DNA from: Candidatus Margulisiibacteriota bacterium
GTDB taxonomy: Bacteria > Margulisbacteria > WOR-1 > O2-12-FULL-45-9
NCBI GenBank assembly: GCA_034723395.1
Contig: JAYEOW010000016.1
Span: 1-44,844 of the forward strand
DNA length: 44,844 bases
Direction: 5' to 3'
The position numbers and the translations under genes were made by a program. The stretch's first letter is position 1; every line of letters begins with the position of its first letter. The notes under the pieces were generated by a model. The model did no database searches. It had not been told where the DNA came from and was given only the letters and a program-made list of their open reading frames with translations. Shown one piece after another: positions 8,872 through 18,097 of the stretch.

Positions 8872-9488
8872 CAATCATCGATTACGGCAGCGGCAACCTC
8901 CGAAGTGTCCAAAAAGCCTTCCAAAAGTTGGGTTTTCCCGCGGAAGTAAGTAAAGACAAATCATTCATCCGATCCGCAAAGGGGATCGTCCTTCCTGGAG
9001 TCGGGTCATTTGATGCCGCGCTAAAAGAGCTCCGTGATAACGGCCTGGAAGGGGCGATCGAAGAAGGGATCGCGCTAAATAAACCTTTCTTAGGTATCTG
9101 TCTAGGGCTTCAGCATCTATTCGAAAGCTCCGAAGAGGGGAAAGAGAAAGGACTGGGAATATTAAAAGGCGAAGTAAGAAAATTTAATTTCAAAGGGACC
9201 CCCTGGAAAAACCAGAGCGTTCCGCATATGGGATGGAATAGATTATTGATCAAGCACCATTCCCCTATCCTGGAAGGGATCGAGGAAGGAAGCATGGTCT
9301 ATTTCGCGCACTCTTACCATGTGATCCCCAAAGATGAGATGTCAGTTGCCACCAGGACCGATTATGGTATAGAATTTGTGTCATCGGTGTGGAAAGACAA
9401 TCTTTTTGGGATCCAGTTCCATCCGGAGAAGAGCGGAGAGGTCGGATTAAAGATCGTCAGGAACTTTGGGAAATTATGTTTGAAATAA
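8862..9488 (+). CDS. hisH: Imidazole glycerol phosphate synthase glutaminase subunit
   Basis: IIDYG.GNL.SV, LPGVG, GICLG.Q, PHMGWN, QFHPEKS. Confidence 0.97.
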   Translation: MSIAIIDYGSGNLRSVQKAFQKLGFPAEVSKDKSFIRSAKGIVLPGVGSFDAALKELRDNGLEGAIEEGIALNKPFLGICLGLQHLFESSEEGKEKGLGILKGEVRKFNFKGTPWKNQSVPHMGWNRLLIKHHSPILEGIEEGSMVYFAHSYHVIPKDEMSVATRTDYGIEFVSSVWKDNLFGIQFHPEKSGEVGLKIVRNFGKLCLK

Positions 9489-10180
9489 TACCAGCAGTTG
9501 ATATATTAAATGGAAAATGCGTCCGGCTTAAACAAGGCCGCTACGATGCGGAGACGGTCTACGACGAAGATCCGGTAGAGGTCGCTAAACGCTGGGAATC
9601 ACAAGGGGCAAAACGCCTGCACATTATCGATCTTGACGGAGCGCGGACCGGAATACCTAAAAACATTGAGATTATTAAATCTATCATTAAAGAAACCAAT
9701 ATCCCCATTCAGGCCGGCGGCGGCATCCGAAACATAGATGTAATCAAAGAATTGATCGACTTCGGCATCGACCGCGTTATTTTAGGGACCACTGCCGTAA
9801 ACAATCCGAACATGCTTTCAAAATTCTGTGAAGAATTCGACGGGCAGATCGCAGTCGCGATCGACGCCAAGGAAGGGATGGCCGCTACCGAGGGATGGAC
9901 CAAGGTTTCTAAAAAAGATACTCTAACCCTGGCCAAAGAAGCGATCGGCCTGGGCGTAAAAAGATTTATCTATACCGATATCAGCCGGGATGGAATGCTG
10001 ACCGGCCCGAATTACAAGGGGATCAAAGAATTTATCGGCCAGGTGAGCGTTCCGGTGATTGCCTCGGGCGGAGCTTCTTCGAAAGAAGATATCGAAAAAT
10101 TAAGAGAGACCGGAGCCGAAGGTTGTGTCGTAGGAAAAGCGCTGTATGAAGGAAAAATTAGTTTAGAAGAGATCCTCTGA
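9476..10180 (+). CDS. hisA: ProFAR isomerase
   Basis: IIPAVDI..GKCVRL.QG, GGGIR, YTDISRDG, ASGG. Start moved to the ATG at 9476 (MFEIIP), overlapping the hisH end; the ORF-track start at 9389 over-extends. Confidence 0.95.
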   Translation: MFEIIPAVDILNGKCVRLKQGRYDAETVYDEDPVEVAKRWESQGAKRLHIIDLDGARTGIPKNIEIIKSIIKETNIPIQAGGGIRNIDVIKELIDFGIDRVILGTTAVNNPNMLSKFCEEFDGQIAVAIDAKEGMAATEGWTKVSKKDTLTLAKEAIGLGVKRFIYTDISRDGMLTGPNYKGIKEFIGQVSVPVIASGGASSKEDIEKLRETGAEGCVVGKALYEGKISLEEIL

Positions 10181-10181
10181 G

Positions 10182-11174
10182 ATGGATAAGAAAAAATTAT
10201 TAGAAGAACTGAATAAGCTAGAAGCCGATCAAATTGCCGAACTTATCCCATTAATTATTCGCAAATGCTTCCCAAAACCAGAAAACTGGAAAGACTATTA
10301 TTATAAATATTTTCCTTATTGGGAAAAAAACGGTTTTCACGTAACACTAAACCATTTTTATTCTCCCCTCCCTGAAGTATATAAATTAAATAACGAGCTC
10401 TGGGATAAGATCCCCCCTACCCCAAACCTCGATTTTAAGGAAAAAGACCAATTGGCATTGCTTAATGAGTTCAGTAAATTCCAAAAGGAATATAATGATA
10501 TACCAATTAAAAAAACAGCTACCGCCAACCAGTATTACCTGCTCAACGGTAAATACGATGGTATCGATGGGTATTCACTTTACTGCATGATCCGGCACTT
10601 TAAACCAAAAAGGATAATCGAGATCGGATCGGGGTTTTCCACCCTCCTAACGGCACAAGCATGCCTAAAAAACAAAGAGGAGAATGGAGAGGACACTAAA
10701 CTTATTGCGATTGAGCCTTTCCCGAGTAACTTTTTAAAAGCCGGCTTCCCCGGCTTATCAGAACTTATTACAAAAAAAATACAAGATGCTGATCTTAAGT
10801 TATTTGACCAGCTTCAAGCCGGCGACTTTCTATTTATCGATTCTTCCCATGTGCTAAAGATTGATAGCGATGTTAAGCTTGAATATACAAATATTCTGCC
10901 GAGATTAAAAAAGGATGTCATTGTCCATGTCCATGACATATTTCTGCCGGCGGAATACCCCAAAGAATTCATTTTTGGCCTGCTTTTTCTGTTCAATGAA
11001 CAATACCTGGTCCAATCAATTCTTGCTAATAGTGATAACTATGAAATTCTGTGGGCGGGGCATTATATGTACTTAAATCATTTTAATAAGCTAATGAAAG
11101 TCTTTCCTAATTATAAGAAGATAAAAAAGTCCCCTACCCACTTTAGCAGCTGCTGGATAAAGAAAATAAAATAG
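10182..11174 (+). CDS. Class I SAM-dependent methyltransferase (Methyltransf_24-like)
   Basis: IIEIGSGFST, FIDSSH, VHVHDIF.P.EYP; visibly AT-rich. Confidence 0.8.
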   Translation: MDKKKLLEELNKLEADQIAELIPLIIRKCFPKPENWKDYYYKYFPYWEKNGFHVTLNHFYSPLPEVYKLNNELWDKIPPTPNLDFKEKDQLALLNEFSKFQKEYNDIPIKKTATANQYYLLNGKYDGIDGYSLYCMIRHFKPKRIIEIGSGFSTLLTAQACLKNKEENGEDTKLIAIEPFPSNFLKAGFPGLSELITKKIQDADLKLFDQLQAGDFLFIDSSHVLKIDSDVKLEYTNILPRLKKDVIVHVHDIFLPAEYPKEFIFGLLFLFNEQYLVQSILANSDNYEILWAGHYMYLNHFNKLMKVFPNYKKIKKSPTHFSSCWIKKIK

Positions 11175-11191
11175 TTTTCCTCGGATCAGAG

Positions 11192-11932
11192 TTAAAAGTA
11201 TTGTCTGATAAAATCAAGTACTCTTTGATTATAAAGACGCGGGTTTACCGTATAACAACTAAAATGATCTCCATTTTTAGCGGTCCATATATCTTTTGGG
11301 AAGCCAGCCTCTTCGTACAATTTATCAGCAGCTTCCACGGGAACATCCGTATCCTTATCACCATGAATAATCAGGATTGGACGGGGGGAAATTTTTCCTA
11401 CATAATTTATTGGGGCAATATCCTCGTCAATATTTAATTTCTTCTTAAAATCAGCAAGATATGCTTTCTGCTCTTGAGTACCCGGTAAAAGATATTTATC
11501 ACTAATTTTTATCCGAGCATGATTTTCGAATCGCGGATAAACACTTTCAGCAATGACCCCTTTTATTTTTTTAGACTCTGCAGCGGCAAAAATCACGGCT
11601 GCTCCACCCATTGAAACACCAAAACCTATGATCTTATCTTGATTTATATCTTCCCTATTTGTTAAGTAATTAACTGCCCCCGCAACATCAAAACGCTCAT
11701 TCCAGCCATATGAAAGCGGCGCCTTTTGGCTTTCGCCGCAGCCGCGAAAATCAAAAAGAAAAACATTTATGTTATTTGTGGTAAGAAAGGATGCGAGAGA
11801 TAAGAGCGGCTGATATATGTGGGAACTACCCTTAGGATGACAAATAATTACAGTCGGAGCGTCAGGATCTTTAGTCTCTAAATATCCGACTAAAGAGAAC
11901 CCATCAGAACTATTAAATCTAACTTTATTAAT
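11192..11932 (-). CDS. Alpha/beta hydrolase with no canonical start (ATT start, or frameshifted C-terminal half of 11932-12321)
   Basis: The frame stays open upstream of 11611 through the ATT at 11932: INKVRFNSSDG...VIICH...FDFRGCGES...GVSMGG...HGDKD...GDH (Ser-Asp-His triad). No in-frame ATG/GTG/TTG upstream of the GVSMG Met. Confidence 0.8.
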   Translation of the reverse strand: MNKVRFNSSDGFSLVGYLETKDPDAPTVIICHPKGSSHIYQPLLSLASFLTTNNINVFLFDFRGCGESQKAPLSYGWNERFDVAGAVNYLTNREDINQDKIIGFGVSMGGAAVIFAAAESKKIKGVIAESVYPRFENHARIKISDKYLLPGTQEQKAYLADFKKKLNIDEDIAPINYVGKISPRPILIIHGDKDTDVPVEAADKLYEEAGFPKDIWTAKNGDHFSCYTVNPRLYNQRVLDFIRQYF

Positions 11933-12321
11933 TAAACAACCGTTCCCGAACCTTCCCCTAATCCACCTGATTCTGTTGGTGGTTGAGAATTATCTGCAGT
12001 TGGCATTTTATCTGTGATTTGTCCTATTTTTCTATTCGCTTCATCTAATTGTCCTTGAAGCTTTTTTGCTCGTGGATCTCCCTGCACTCTCAACTGTTCA
12101 ATTCTTTTTGCAAGTTGCGCTACTTTTCTCCTAGCTGTTTCAATTTTTGCTTTCATAGTTCTTACGGTGTCTTTTTTAACTTCCTTGTGCATTTGGTCAA
12201 ATTGTTCGCTAACTTTTCTTCCCATACTGTTTAAATCTTTAATGACCTCATTCAACTGTTTTGTAATACTCTGATTCTGGTTCGCATTCCCTCCAATTCC
12301 TCCAACTTCTCCTATATTCAT
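11932..12321 (-). CDS. Hypothetical coiled-coil protein ending in a Gly/Ser/Pro linker
   Basis: AGGAGG RBS; MNIGEVGG start, heptad-rich body, tail PTADNSQPPTESGGLGEGSGTVV. Confidence 0.75.
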   Translation of the reverse strand: MNIGEVGGIGGNANQNQSITKQLNEVIKDLNSMGRKVSEQFDQMHKEVKKDTVRTMKAKIETARRKVAQLAKRIEQLRVQGDPRAKKLQGQLDEANRKIGQITDKMPTADNSQPPTESGGLGEGSGTVV

Positions 12322-12348
12322 AACAATTCCCTCCTTTTAATAACATTA

Positions 12349-13950
12349 CTAACACGCTTCCTGGATCGAAATTGCAATTTCATGTCCAGGCGCTTCAAAT
12401 CCCGTTTCTTCGGCAAGGCGCTCAAGAATCTCATGCGCCATTTTTCTCTTATTGGTTAAATAAGCAATTTCTCCTCGAGCTTCAATAGCCGTTTGAATTA
12501 ATCTAAATTCATCTTCGGCTTCGCGGAACATCTTGGTATTCGCCTTATCACGAATCTGGTCTAATTCGGTCTGAGATAACTTAACTCCGAGCTTTTCAAG
12601 GTTCTTTAATACGGTCTTAAGCTTACGCTCGGTCATCTTCCAGGCTACCCCCGATAGTTTAGCATAGGTCGCCCGCTCTTCAAATGCTTCGTTCAACATT
12701 TCAAATAATTTCACTTTGGCAAGCGCTTTTCCTTCGGTCTCGATCTCATCAAAGTTCTTAACCCCTAACTTGATCAATCCGTTCTGCATTTTAACCATCT
12801 TGATCTGGGTGGTCAACACGGTCCGCATATCCCCATAAACCGCCCTGCGCAGGTATAGCGCGCGCAGCTTATCGGTCAAGATATCCCGCTCTTCGTCGTG
12901 TGTATATTGGTAACGGTGCCCTTCGCGCTGATCACTGTTATTCGCGCTGGCATTAGCATTGGGCGCGTCTTCGAAATCGATGATCGCGTTAAGCCCCAGG
13001 TCATCTTTCATCTTAGGGATCTTTTTGACAAAATCGCCCACGTCAAATCCCACCTTCGAGCCAAGCTTGATCAATTCGCTGATCTCTTTTTCGACCGCCT
13101 TGCCGTCTTTCCCCAAAGATTTCTTCACAACCTCTTTAGAGATAGCGTCATCCAGGAAATCGCGCATATCGCGGTGAGAATCTTCTTTTACCCTATCAAC
13201 CGCTCCCTGAAGGTGGCCGTCCATACCGCCAAAGTCATATCCTCCGAGGTTATCGTTCATAAACGCGTAGTCGATAAATCCGTTCAGCTCTTTCTTTGCC
13301 AGAATTCCGGCCAGTGATTTAGTCCCGCTGAGAAGATGGTTAATATAAGCTTGTTTGATCTGTTTTAAAACTTCGGACCGGACACTATTGGCTACGCTGG
13401 CCTTGGTACTCTGCAGATCTTTTAAGGATACTCCCCGGTCGTTAAGCAGCTCATTTTCAATTTGCTCCAGCTTCTTTTTGGTCTGCGCTCCGCCGTTAAC
13501 CAGCATTTGCGAATAGGCGCCGATATAATCTTTAACCGTGGTCGCTTTTTGCGGAAGGGCCTCATCCCCGTCCGCCATCTGCTGGCCGCCATTCCGCCCC
13601 TGCTTCTGGTTCTTGGCCGCTTTTAAGATCGGATTACTGATATCAACCATATCCTGAGCGGCATCCTCTTTACCGTAAAGCAGTTCATACTCATTTTTGA
13701 GATTATTGAGAAGCTTATTGGTCGGCATTTTTCCGGCAAGTTTAGCGGCAAGGCCAACGAGAATGCCGGTCCCTACTTTCCCCTTTTTCCCGTCCAAAGC
13801 CTTCTTAAGCGCGCTCTCTTCAACCTTGGTAGCATTATCGGTATTGGCCTGTCGCTCCATCTCAGAGCGGAGGACCTGACCCAGGTTCTCAACCGCTGAA
13901 AGGTTGGACATAACCGCTAAATTCTGTTGACTTAGTTGTTCAATACCCAT
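12349..13950 (-). CDS. Hypothetical alpha-helical protein (533 aa)
   Basis: Long ORF tightly packed in the operon; no recognised family motif. Confidence 0.85.
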   Translation of the reverse strand: MGIEQLSQQNLAVMSNLSAVENLGQVLRSEMERQANTDNATKVEESALKKALDGKKGKVGTGILVGLAAKLAGKMPTNKLLNNLKNEYELLYGKEDAAQDMVDISNPILKAAKNQKQGRNGGQQMADGDEALPQKATTVKDYIGAYSQMLVNGGAQTKKKLEQIENELLNDRGVSLKDLQSTKASVANSVRSEVLKQIKQAYINHLLSGTKSLAGILAKKELNGFIDYAFMNDNLGGYDFGGMDGHLQGAVDRVKEDSHRDMRDFLDDAISKEVVKKSLGKDGKAVEKEISELIKLGSKVGFDVGDFVKKIPKMKDDLGLNAIIDFEDAPNANASANNSDQREGHRYQYTHDEERDILTDKLRALYLRRAVYGDMRTVLTTQIKMVKMQNGLIKLGVKNFDEIETEGKALAKVKLFEMLNEAFEERATYAKLSGVAWKMTERKLKTVLKNLEKLGVKLSQTELDQIRDKANTKMFREAEDEFRLIQTAIEARGEIAYLTNKRKMAHEILERLAEETGFEAPGHEIAISIQEAC

Positions 13951-13951
13951 C

Positions 13952-14998
13952 TTAGTTAGCCCCCATCAGTTCTGGAGATATCTTTCTTACCTTAGCGTAA
14001 CAACTCTTTGCCTTCTCTTTTTCGCCCTTTAATTCATACGCTTTGCCTAAAAGGAAGTTCGGCATCGCCTTGTTCTGATAAATATTTTCTACTTTTCCGT
14101 CTAATTTCATATTCAATATTTCGGTTAAGATCTCGATCGAGGTATCGATTTTTCCCGCCACTAAATAAATACTGGCAAATACGTTGCGGGCCGGAATATT
14201 TTTTGGGTCCAATTTAATTACCGCTTCGGCAGCCTTGGCCGCTTCAGAAAGTTTTTTCATCCTTAACAATAGATCGGCTTTTTTCTCCAAAGCCTGGCGA
14301 ACGATCTCCTTATCAGTTGATAGTTCGTGCGTTTTTGTATAGTGGACCAACGCCGCTTCGTCTCTTTTTAGCTCATTTAAGTTATTAGCCAAAAGGAAAT
14401 GAAGATAAGGATCATTCGGGGTCTTTTCCAAAGCTTTTGAATAGTGCTCTACATACCATTTTCTCTTTTCGTCCATTTTAGATTCTTCCAGGTTCTTCCC
14501 CCAATGATAGATAGCAACCGGAATATCTTCACCGGTGATCGTCTTTCCGCTTCCATCAACCAACTGCTCGTTTATCGGGCGGATAAAGTGATAACCGAGC
14601 CCATTCTTGAATACTTTGGCCCGCTTATAACCGCTCTTATTTTCACAGGTTCCAACCTTAGACTCATACATCGTAAGGGCAAATGCATCATACTCATTTT
14701 TTTCGATCAGCCCTCTTAACTCTTTCAGATCTTCTTCGCGCATATATTCATCGGCATCGATCCAGAGGATCCAATCGCCGGTTGCCGCTTTGATCGATTC
14801 GTTTCGAGCAGCCGAGAAATCGTTTACCCAAGGAAAATAAAAAACCTTTGCCCCATATTTTTCGGCAACCTTGATCGTATCGTCATTTGAACCGGTATCG
14901 ACCAAAATAATTTCATCCGCATATTTACTCAAGCCGGGGAGAGTTTTCTCCAGCATCTTTTTTTCGTTCTTTACGATCATACAAGCCGAAAGTTTCAT
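13952..14998 (-). CDS. GT2 glycosyltransferase with C-terminal TPRs (GmaR/flagellin-glycosyltransferase-like architecture)
   Basis: LSACMIVKNE, DTGS.D.T, W.NDFSAARN, WILWIDADE, then TPR-like helices. Confidence 0.9.
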   Translation of the reverse strand: MKLSACMIVKNEKKMLEKTLPGLSKYADEIILVDTGSNDDTIKVAEKYGAKVFYFPWVNDFSAARNESIKAATGDWILWIDADEYMREEDLKELRGLIEKNEYDAFALTMYESKVGTCENKSGYKRAKVFKNGLGYHFIRPINEQLVDGSGKTITGEDIPVAIYHWGKNLEESKMDEKRKWYVEHYSKALEKTPNDPYLHFLLANNLNELKRDEAALVHYTKTHELSTDKEIVRQALEKKADLLLRMKKLSEAAKAAEAVIKLDPKNIPARNVFASIYLVAGKIDTSIEILTEILNMKLDGKVENIYQNKAMPNFLLGKAYELKGEKEKAKSCYAKVRKISPELMGAN

Positions 14999-15009
14999 TC
15001 CATTGCTCC

Positions 15010-15396
15010 TTAGGCTGCCGCCTGCACTCTGACCGGTTCTACTTTTTTGAGTGCTCGGCGAACCTTCTTCTGGTCGCCTAATTCTTTATCTAACAGCGCT
15101 TCTACCTTTGCTAAATGCTTATCGCGCAAACTTTCGGCCTTACGGATATAACCGTGTAATTTCTCAAGCTTGATCAACAGCTCTTTTTTGTTGGTGCCGG
15201 TCATACTCATCTCGTATTCTAAATTTGCCCGCTCCATATAGAACTCGGTTAAGATCGTGCGAACCGCATCGAGCCCCATCTCTTCCATGGCTAATGGAGT
15301 ATAACGGTCTCTTACCCCTAATCTCTCGGCCTGGATCAGGAGCTGGCTCTCCAGCTCGTTAATTAATTTGATCTGTTTATTCTTCTTCTTGCTCAT
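15010..15396 (-). CDS. Hypothetical helical protein (128 aa)
   Basis: Start placed at the ATGA overlap with the upstream stop (MSKKKNK), with a GAGGTG RBS. Confidence 0.75.
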   Translation of the reverse strand: MSKKKNKQIKLINELESQLLIQAERLGVRDRYTPLAMEEMGLDAVRTILTEFYMERANLEYEMSMTGTNKKELLIKLEKLHGYIRKAESLRDKHLAKVEALLDKELGDQKKVRRALKKVEPVRVQAAA

Positions 15397-15923
15397 CCCA
15401 GCACCTCTAACATGCTCCAATCGTAGTGCATCTGGGCAAGTGAACCCTGGTTTTGCGTAATTAAATCCTGCCTGACTTCTTCTCTTAAAGTCTGAACATC
15501 TTTGGGTGACATCCCGGCGCGCATCAAAACTGAGGCATTGATCGAAGCGGTAAACTCCGCTACTTTCGCTATTAACCGGTTGAAGTGAAAACTATTTCCA
15601 TATGATTTTTTAAATAGATCGACAAACCTTTTTTTTAATCTAGTGAGGTGCCGTCGTAAAGCGGGGGCCTGCTCGGGAGCTTTTATTGCGGTAGGCAGAA
15701 CGACTGAACTGACAACCGCGGTATCCGGCTGGGAAAGGCCAATATGCTTTTTCCCCTTATTATCATCTACCGCTGTTTCCCACTTTAAGCTGGTAGTTCT
15801 TTCCGGCTCCTTAGTAACTTTTACCGCTTCGCCATTCGCTTCAGGATTTTCCTGCCCTGGCTTTGGCAAAACCACTGCATATTGTTTATTTAAGCCGGCA
15901 CCGAGTGATAATTCTGCACTCAT
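15393..15923 (-). CDS. Hypothetical protein (176 aa)
   Basis: First gene after promoter 2, AGGAG RBS; disordered N-half, helical C-half. Confidence 0.8.
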   Translation of the reverse strand: MSAELSLGAGLNKQYAVVLPKPGQENPEANGEAVKVTKEPERTTSLKWETAVDDNKGKKHIGLSQPDTAVVSSVVLPTAIKAPEQAPALRRHLTRLKKRFVDLFKKSYGNSFHFNRLIAKVAEFTASINASVLMRAGMSPKDVQTLREEVRQDLITQNQGSLAQMHYDWSMLEVLG

Positions 15924-15947
15924 AAATACACTTCTCCTCTATAATAT

Positions 15948-15975
15948 ATATCGGGTTAAATAGGGGAAAACTTGC
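15948..15975 (-). promoter_or_regulatory. sigma28/FliA-like promoter 2
   Basis: GCAAGTTT-N12-CCCGATAT. Confidence 0.8.
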
Positions 15976-15983
15976 GCCAAAAC

Positions 15984-18083
15984 TTAGGATTTTTGCTTGT
16001 TTTTTTGGAGCCTTGCTTTGGTGTTCGAGGTGTGTTTTTTATACATGCGGGTGCGCATCTTTTGTAAAGCTCTCTGGAAGGCCTTTTTTTCATCAGATTT
16101 ACTCACATATCCTTGAGACGATTTTCCTCTCTGGGCCGCTTTTTTCTCCTCGGCTTTCCGCCTCTTTCTCGATTTTGCCGCCCGTTTCAGGGACTGTTTC
16201 TTCTCCCTGATCTCTTCTTGCTGCAGCTCTTCGATCTGATCAGCGTAATCGGTCTTATCTTGTTTATAACGAGAGCTAATAACCCGCTTAGCCGCACAGC
16301 GTTCCATAATCCTGACTATATCCATCTGCTCTCCCCACTTCAGGTACATCCCAACCGCATGGACCGCCCAGTTATTGGCGAATTCAGGTCCCTGGACAAT
16401 CGCGTTGTACGTTAATCCTTTAAATTGAGCGGTTGTATATTCAGGATGGTGCTCATCCCAGCCCGCGGCATTTTCGTTCATGCGCGAAAGGTGTCCGTAT
16501 AAAGAGTTGTGCAACCGGTCCAATTTATGGGTCCTCCGCCACACGTTCCCCTCTACCCCATTTTCAAGTCTTACATAATAATCTTTTGCCCATTTTCTAT
16601 CCCAACCATAGCTCTTGTACGAAGAGGTCGGCATTTTTACGGCAACAACCTTACTCCAGGAACCATAGCCATCACCGCTAGCCGGCATTGATCCAATGTA
16701 ATCCGACGTGGCAGAATCCAGGTTAACCCACTGCCACGAAGAAACCTCGTCTTGATAATTTTCCCAGATCGGCCTTCCATTTTCTACTTCAGTTGCCCCA
16801 AACCAATCATTAATTAAGGAATTAACCGCGTTATATTCGTCGCTACCTGAGTTATATTGGTCCCGATATGCATAAAGCATATTGGCCTCACTGTTGCTAT
16901 CTCCATTAAAATCTTTCCGGCCAAACCACTTCGATTGTTTCCAGAATATATCGCGGTCCATGTTTGATAATTCATGCCCATTGTTATAGCCCTTTTCATA
17001 AAAGGTGGTCACCCTGTTTTGAAAAGAGTGCTGCATATAGATAAACAACGGGAACATCGAAAGCGCATGATGGTTCATGTAAGGGTTATGCGAAAAGATA
17101 AAGTCATCAACGGAGTCGATCATCGCCTGGTCGTTTCGCGTATTCTCTACCGGTCCTAACATCGCCGACATCGCATACCAGGCACGTTCACGTGATTCGT
17201 ACATAGCAGCGGTGTATAACGCCGCTTCAGATGCGGTTAAATTATTATAAGATCCATCCAGCGCGATCTGATAATAACTCTTCCCGGCAAGATGGACATT
17301 GTTGTCCAGTAAGTTCTTTACATCAATCCACTCCTTTTTAATTGCTTTCAAAAAATCTTTCACAAAATATGCCTGGTCCGCGTCCTGCAATGCGGATTGG
17401 TTATCTTTTGAATGGTCGTTTTTCAGCATGATATGGTTCCACTCACCGGCGCTCATAACCATATTCACATTCCTAAAACGCCCCCCCATCCCGCTTCCCG
17501 CAAAACAACCGTTCGGATCCCCCGAACCGAAATTACCAAAAACTGGTGTGCGGTGGTGCTGGCCGGAGATCCAGTTGGTACGCCACTCGGTATAGCCGTC
17601 TTCACGTCCATTATCCTCTTCCCAGATAATCGTATCAGCATTGGTAATGCGGCCATCTCCGTTACGATCGGATAAAGCGGTCCGGGTAACAACGCCGTTG
17701 CCATCCTGTTCTTCTCCATAACCCCAAAGATCAATATCAGCCGCGTCAAAGTTGCCGTCCCCGTTCTTATCGGTCAATTCGTATTCATTAAAAGCATCCC
17801 ACCACTCCTGAGTAACCCAGGTCTTATCGTTGTCGGGGCCATGCTCAAAATAGACTGCTCCCTCGTCCCCCTCCTCCGCATTCATCTTGCCTGCATATGC
17901 CAGCTGCTCAAATTCGGGAAGGAACTTCATCATTTCCAAACCGAAGTTCCCGAGTTTGAGCAGGTCCTTATTCCCGGTAATAAAGTTGAGGAGATCGGGC
18001 CCCTGGGGAACAATACCTTTGCGGGGTTTACGACTTTTTAACAGGGTCAGGTTCGTAATGTGGGCATATTTGTTGTAAAACAT
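15984..18083 (-). CDS. Hypothetical protein with EF-hand/dockerin-like Ca-binding loops and basic coiled-coil C-terminus (699 aa)
   Basis: DKNGDGNFDAADI, DRNGDGRITNADT, DFNGDSN; W/Y/D/N-rich core; K/R-rich tail. Confidence 0.8.
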   Translation of the reverse strand: MFYNKYAHITNLTLLKSRKPRKGIVPQGPDLLNFITGNKDLLKLGNFGLEMMKFLPEFEQLAYAGKMNAEEGDEGAVYFEHGPDNDKTWVTQEWWDAFNEYELTDKNGDGNFDAADIDLWGYGEEQDGNGVVTRTALSDRNGDGRITNADTIIWEEDNGREDGYTEWRTNWISGQHHRTPVFGNFGSGDPNGCFAGSGMGGRFRNVNMVMSAGEWNHIMLKNDHSKDNQSALQDADQAYFVKDFLKAIKKEWIDVKNLLDNNVHLAGKSYYQIALDGSYNNLTASEAALYTAAMYESRERAWYAMSAMLGPVENTRNDQAMIDSVDDFIFSHNPYMNHHALSMFPLFIYMQHSFQNRVTTFYEKGYNNGHELSNMDRDIFWKQSKWFGRKDFNGDSNSEANMLYAYRDQYNSGSDEYNAVNSLINDWFGATEVENGRPIWENYQDEVSSWQWVNLDSATSDYIGSMPASGDGYGSWSKVVAVKMPTSSYKSYGWDRKWAKDYYVRLENGVEGNVWRRTHKLDRLHNSLYGHLSRMNENAAGWDEHHPEYTTAQFKGLTYNAIVQGPEFANNWAVHAVGMYLKWGEQMDIVRIMERCAAKRVISSRYKQDKTDYADQIEELQQEEIREKKQSLKRAAKSRKRRKAEEKKAAQRGKSSQGYVSKSDEKKAFQRALQKMRTRMYKKHTSNTKARLQKNKQKS

Positions 18084-18097
18084 AACTTAGTTATTGA

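Noticed and set aside
9389..9475. N-terminal extension of hisA in the ORF track
   Set aside because: It overlaps hisH by 100 bp; HisA similarity starts at the ATG at 9476.
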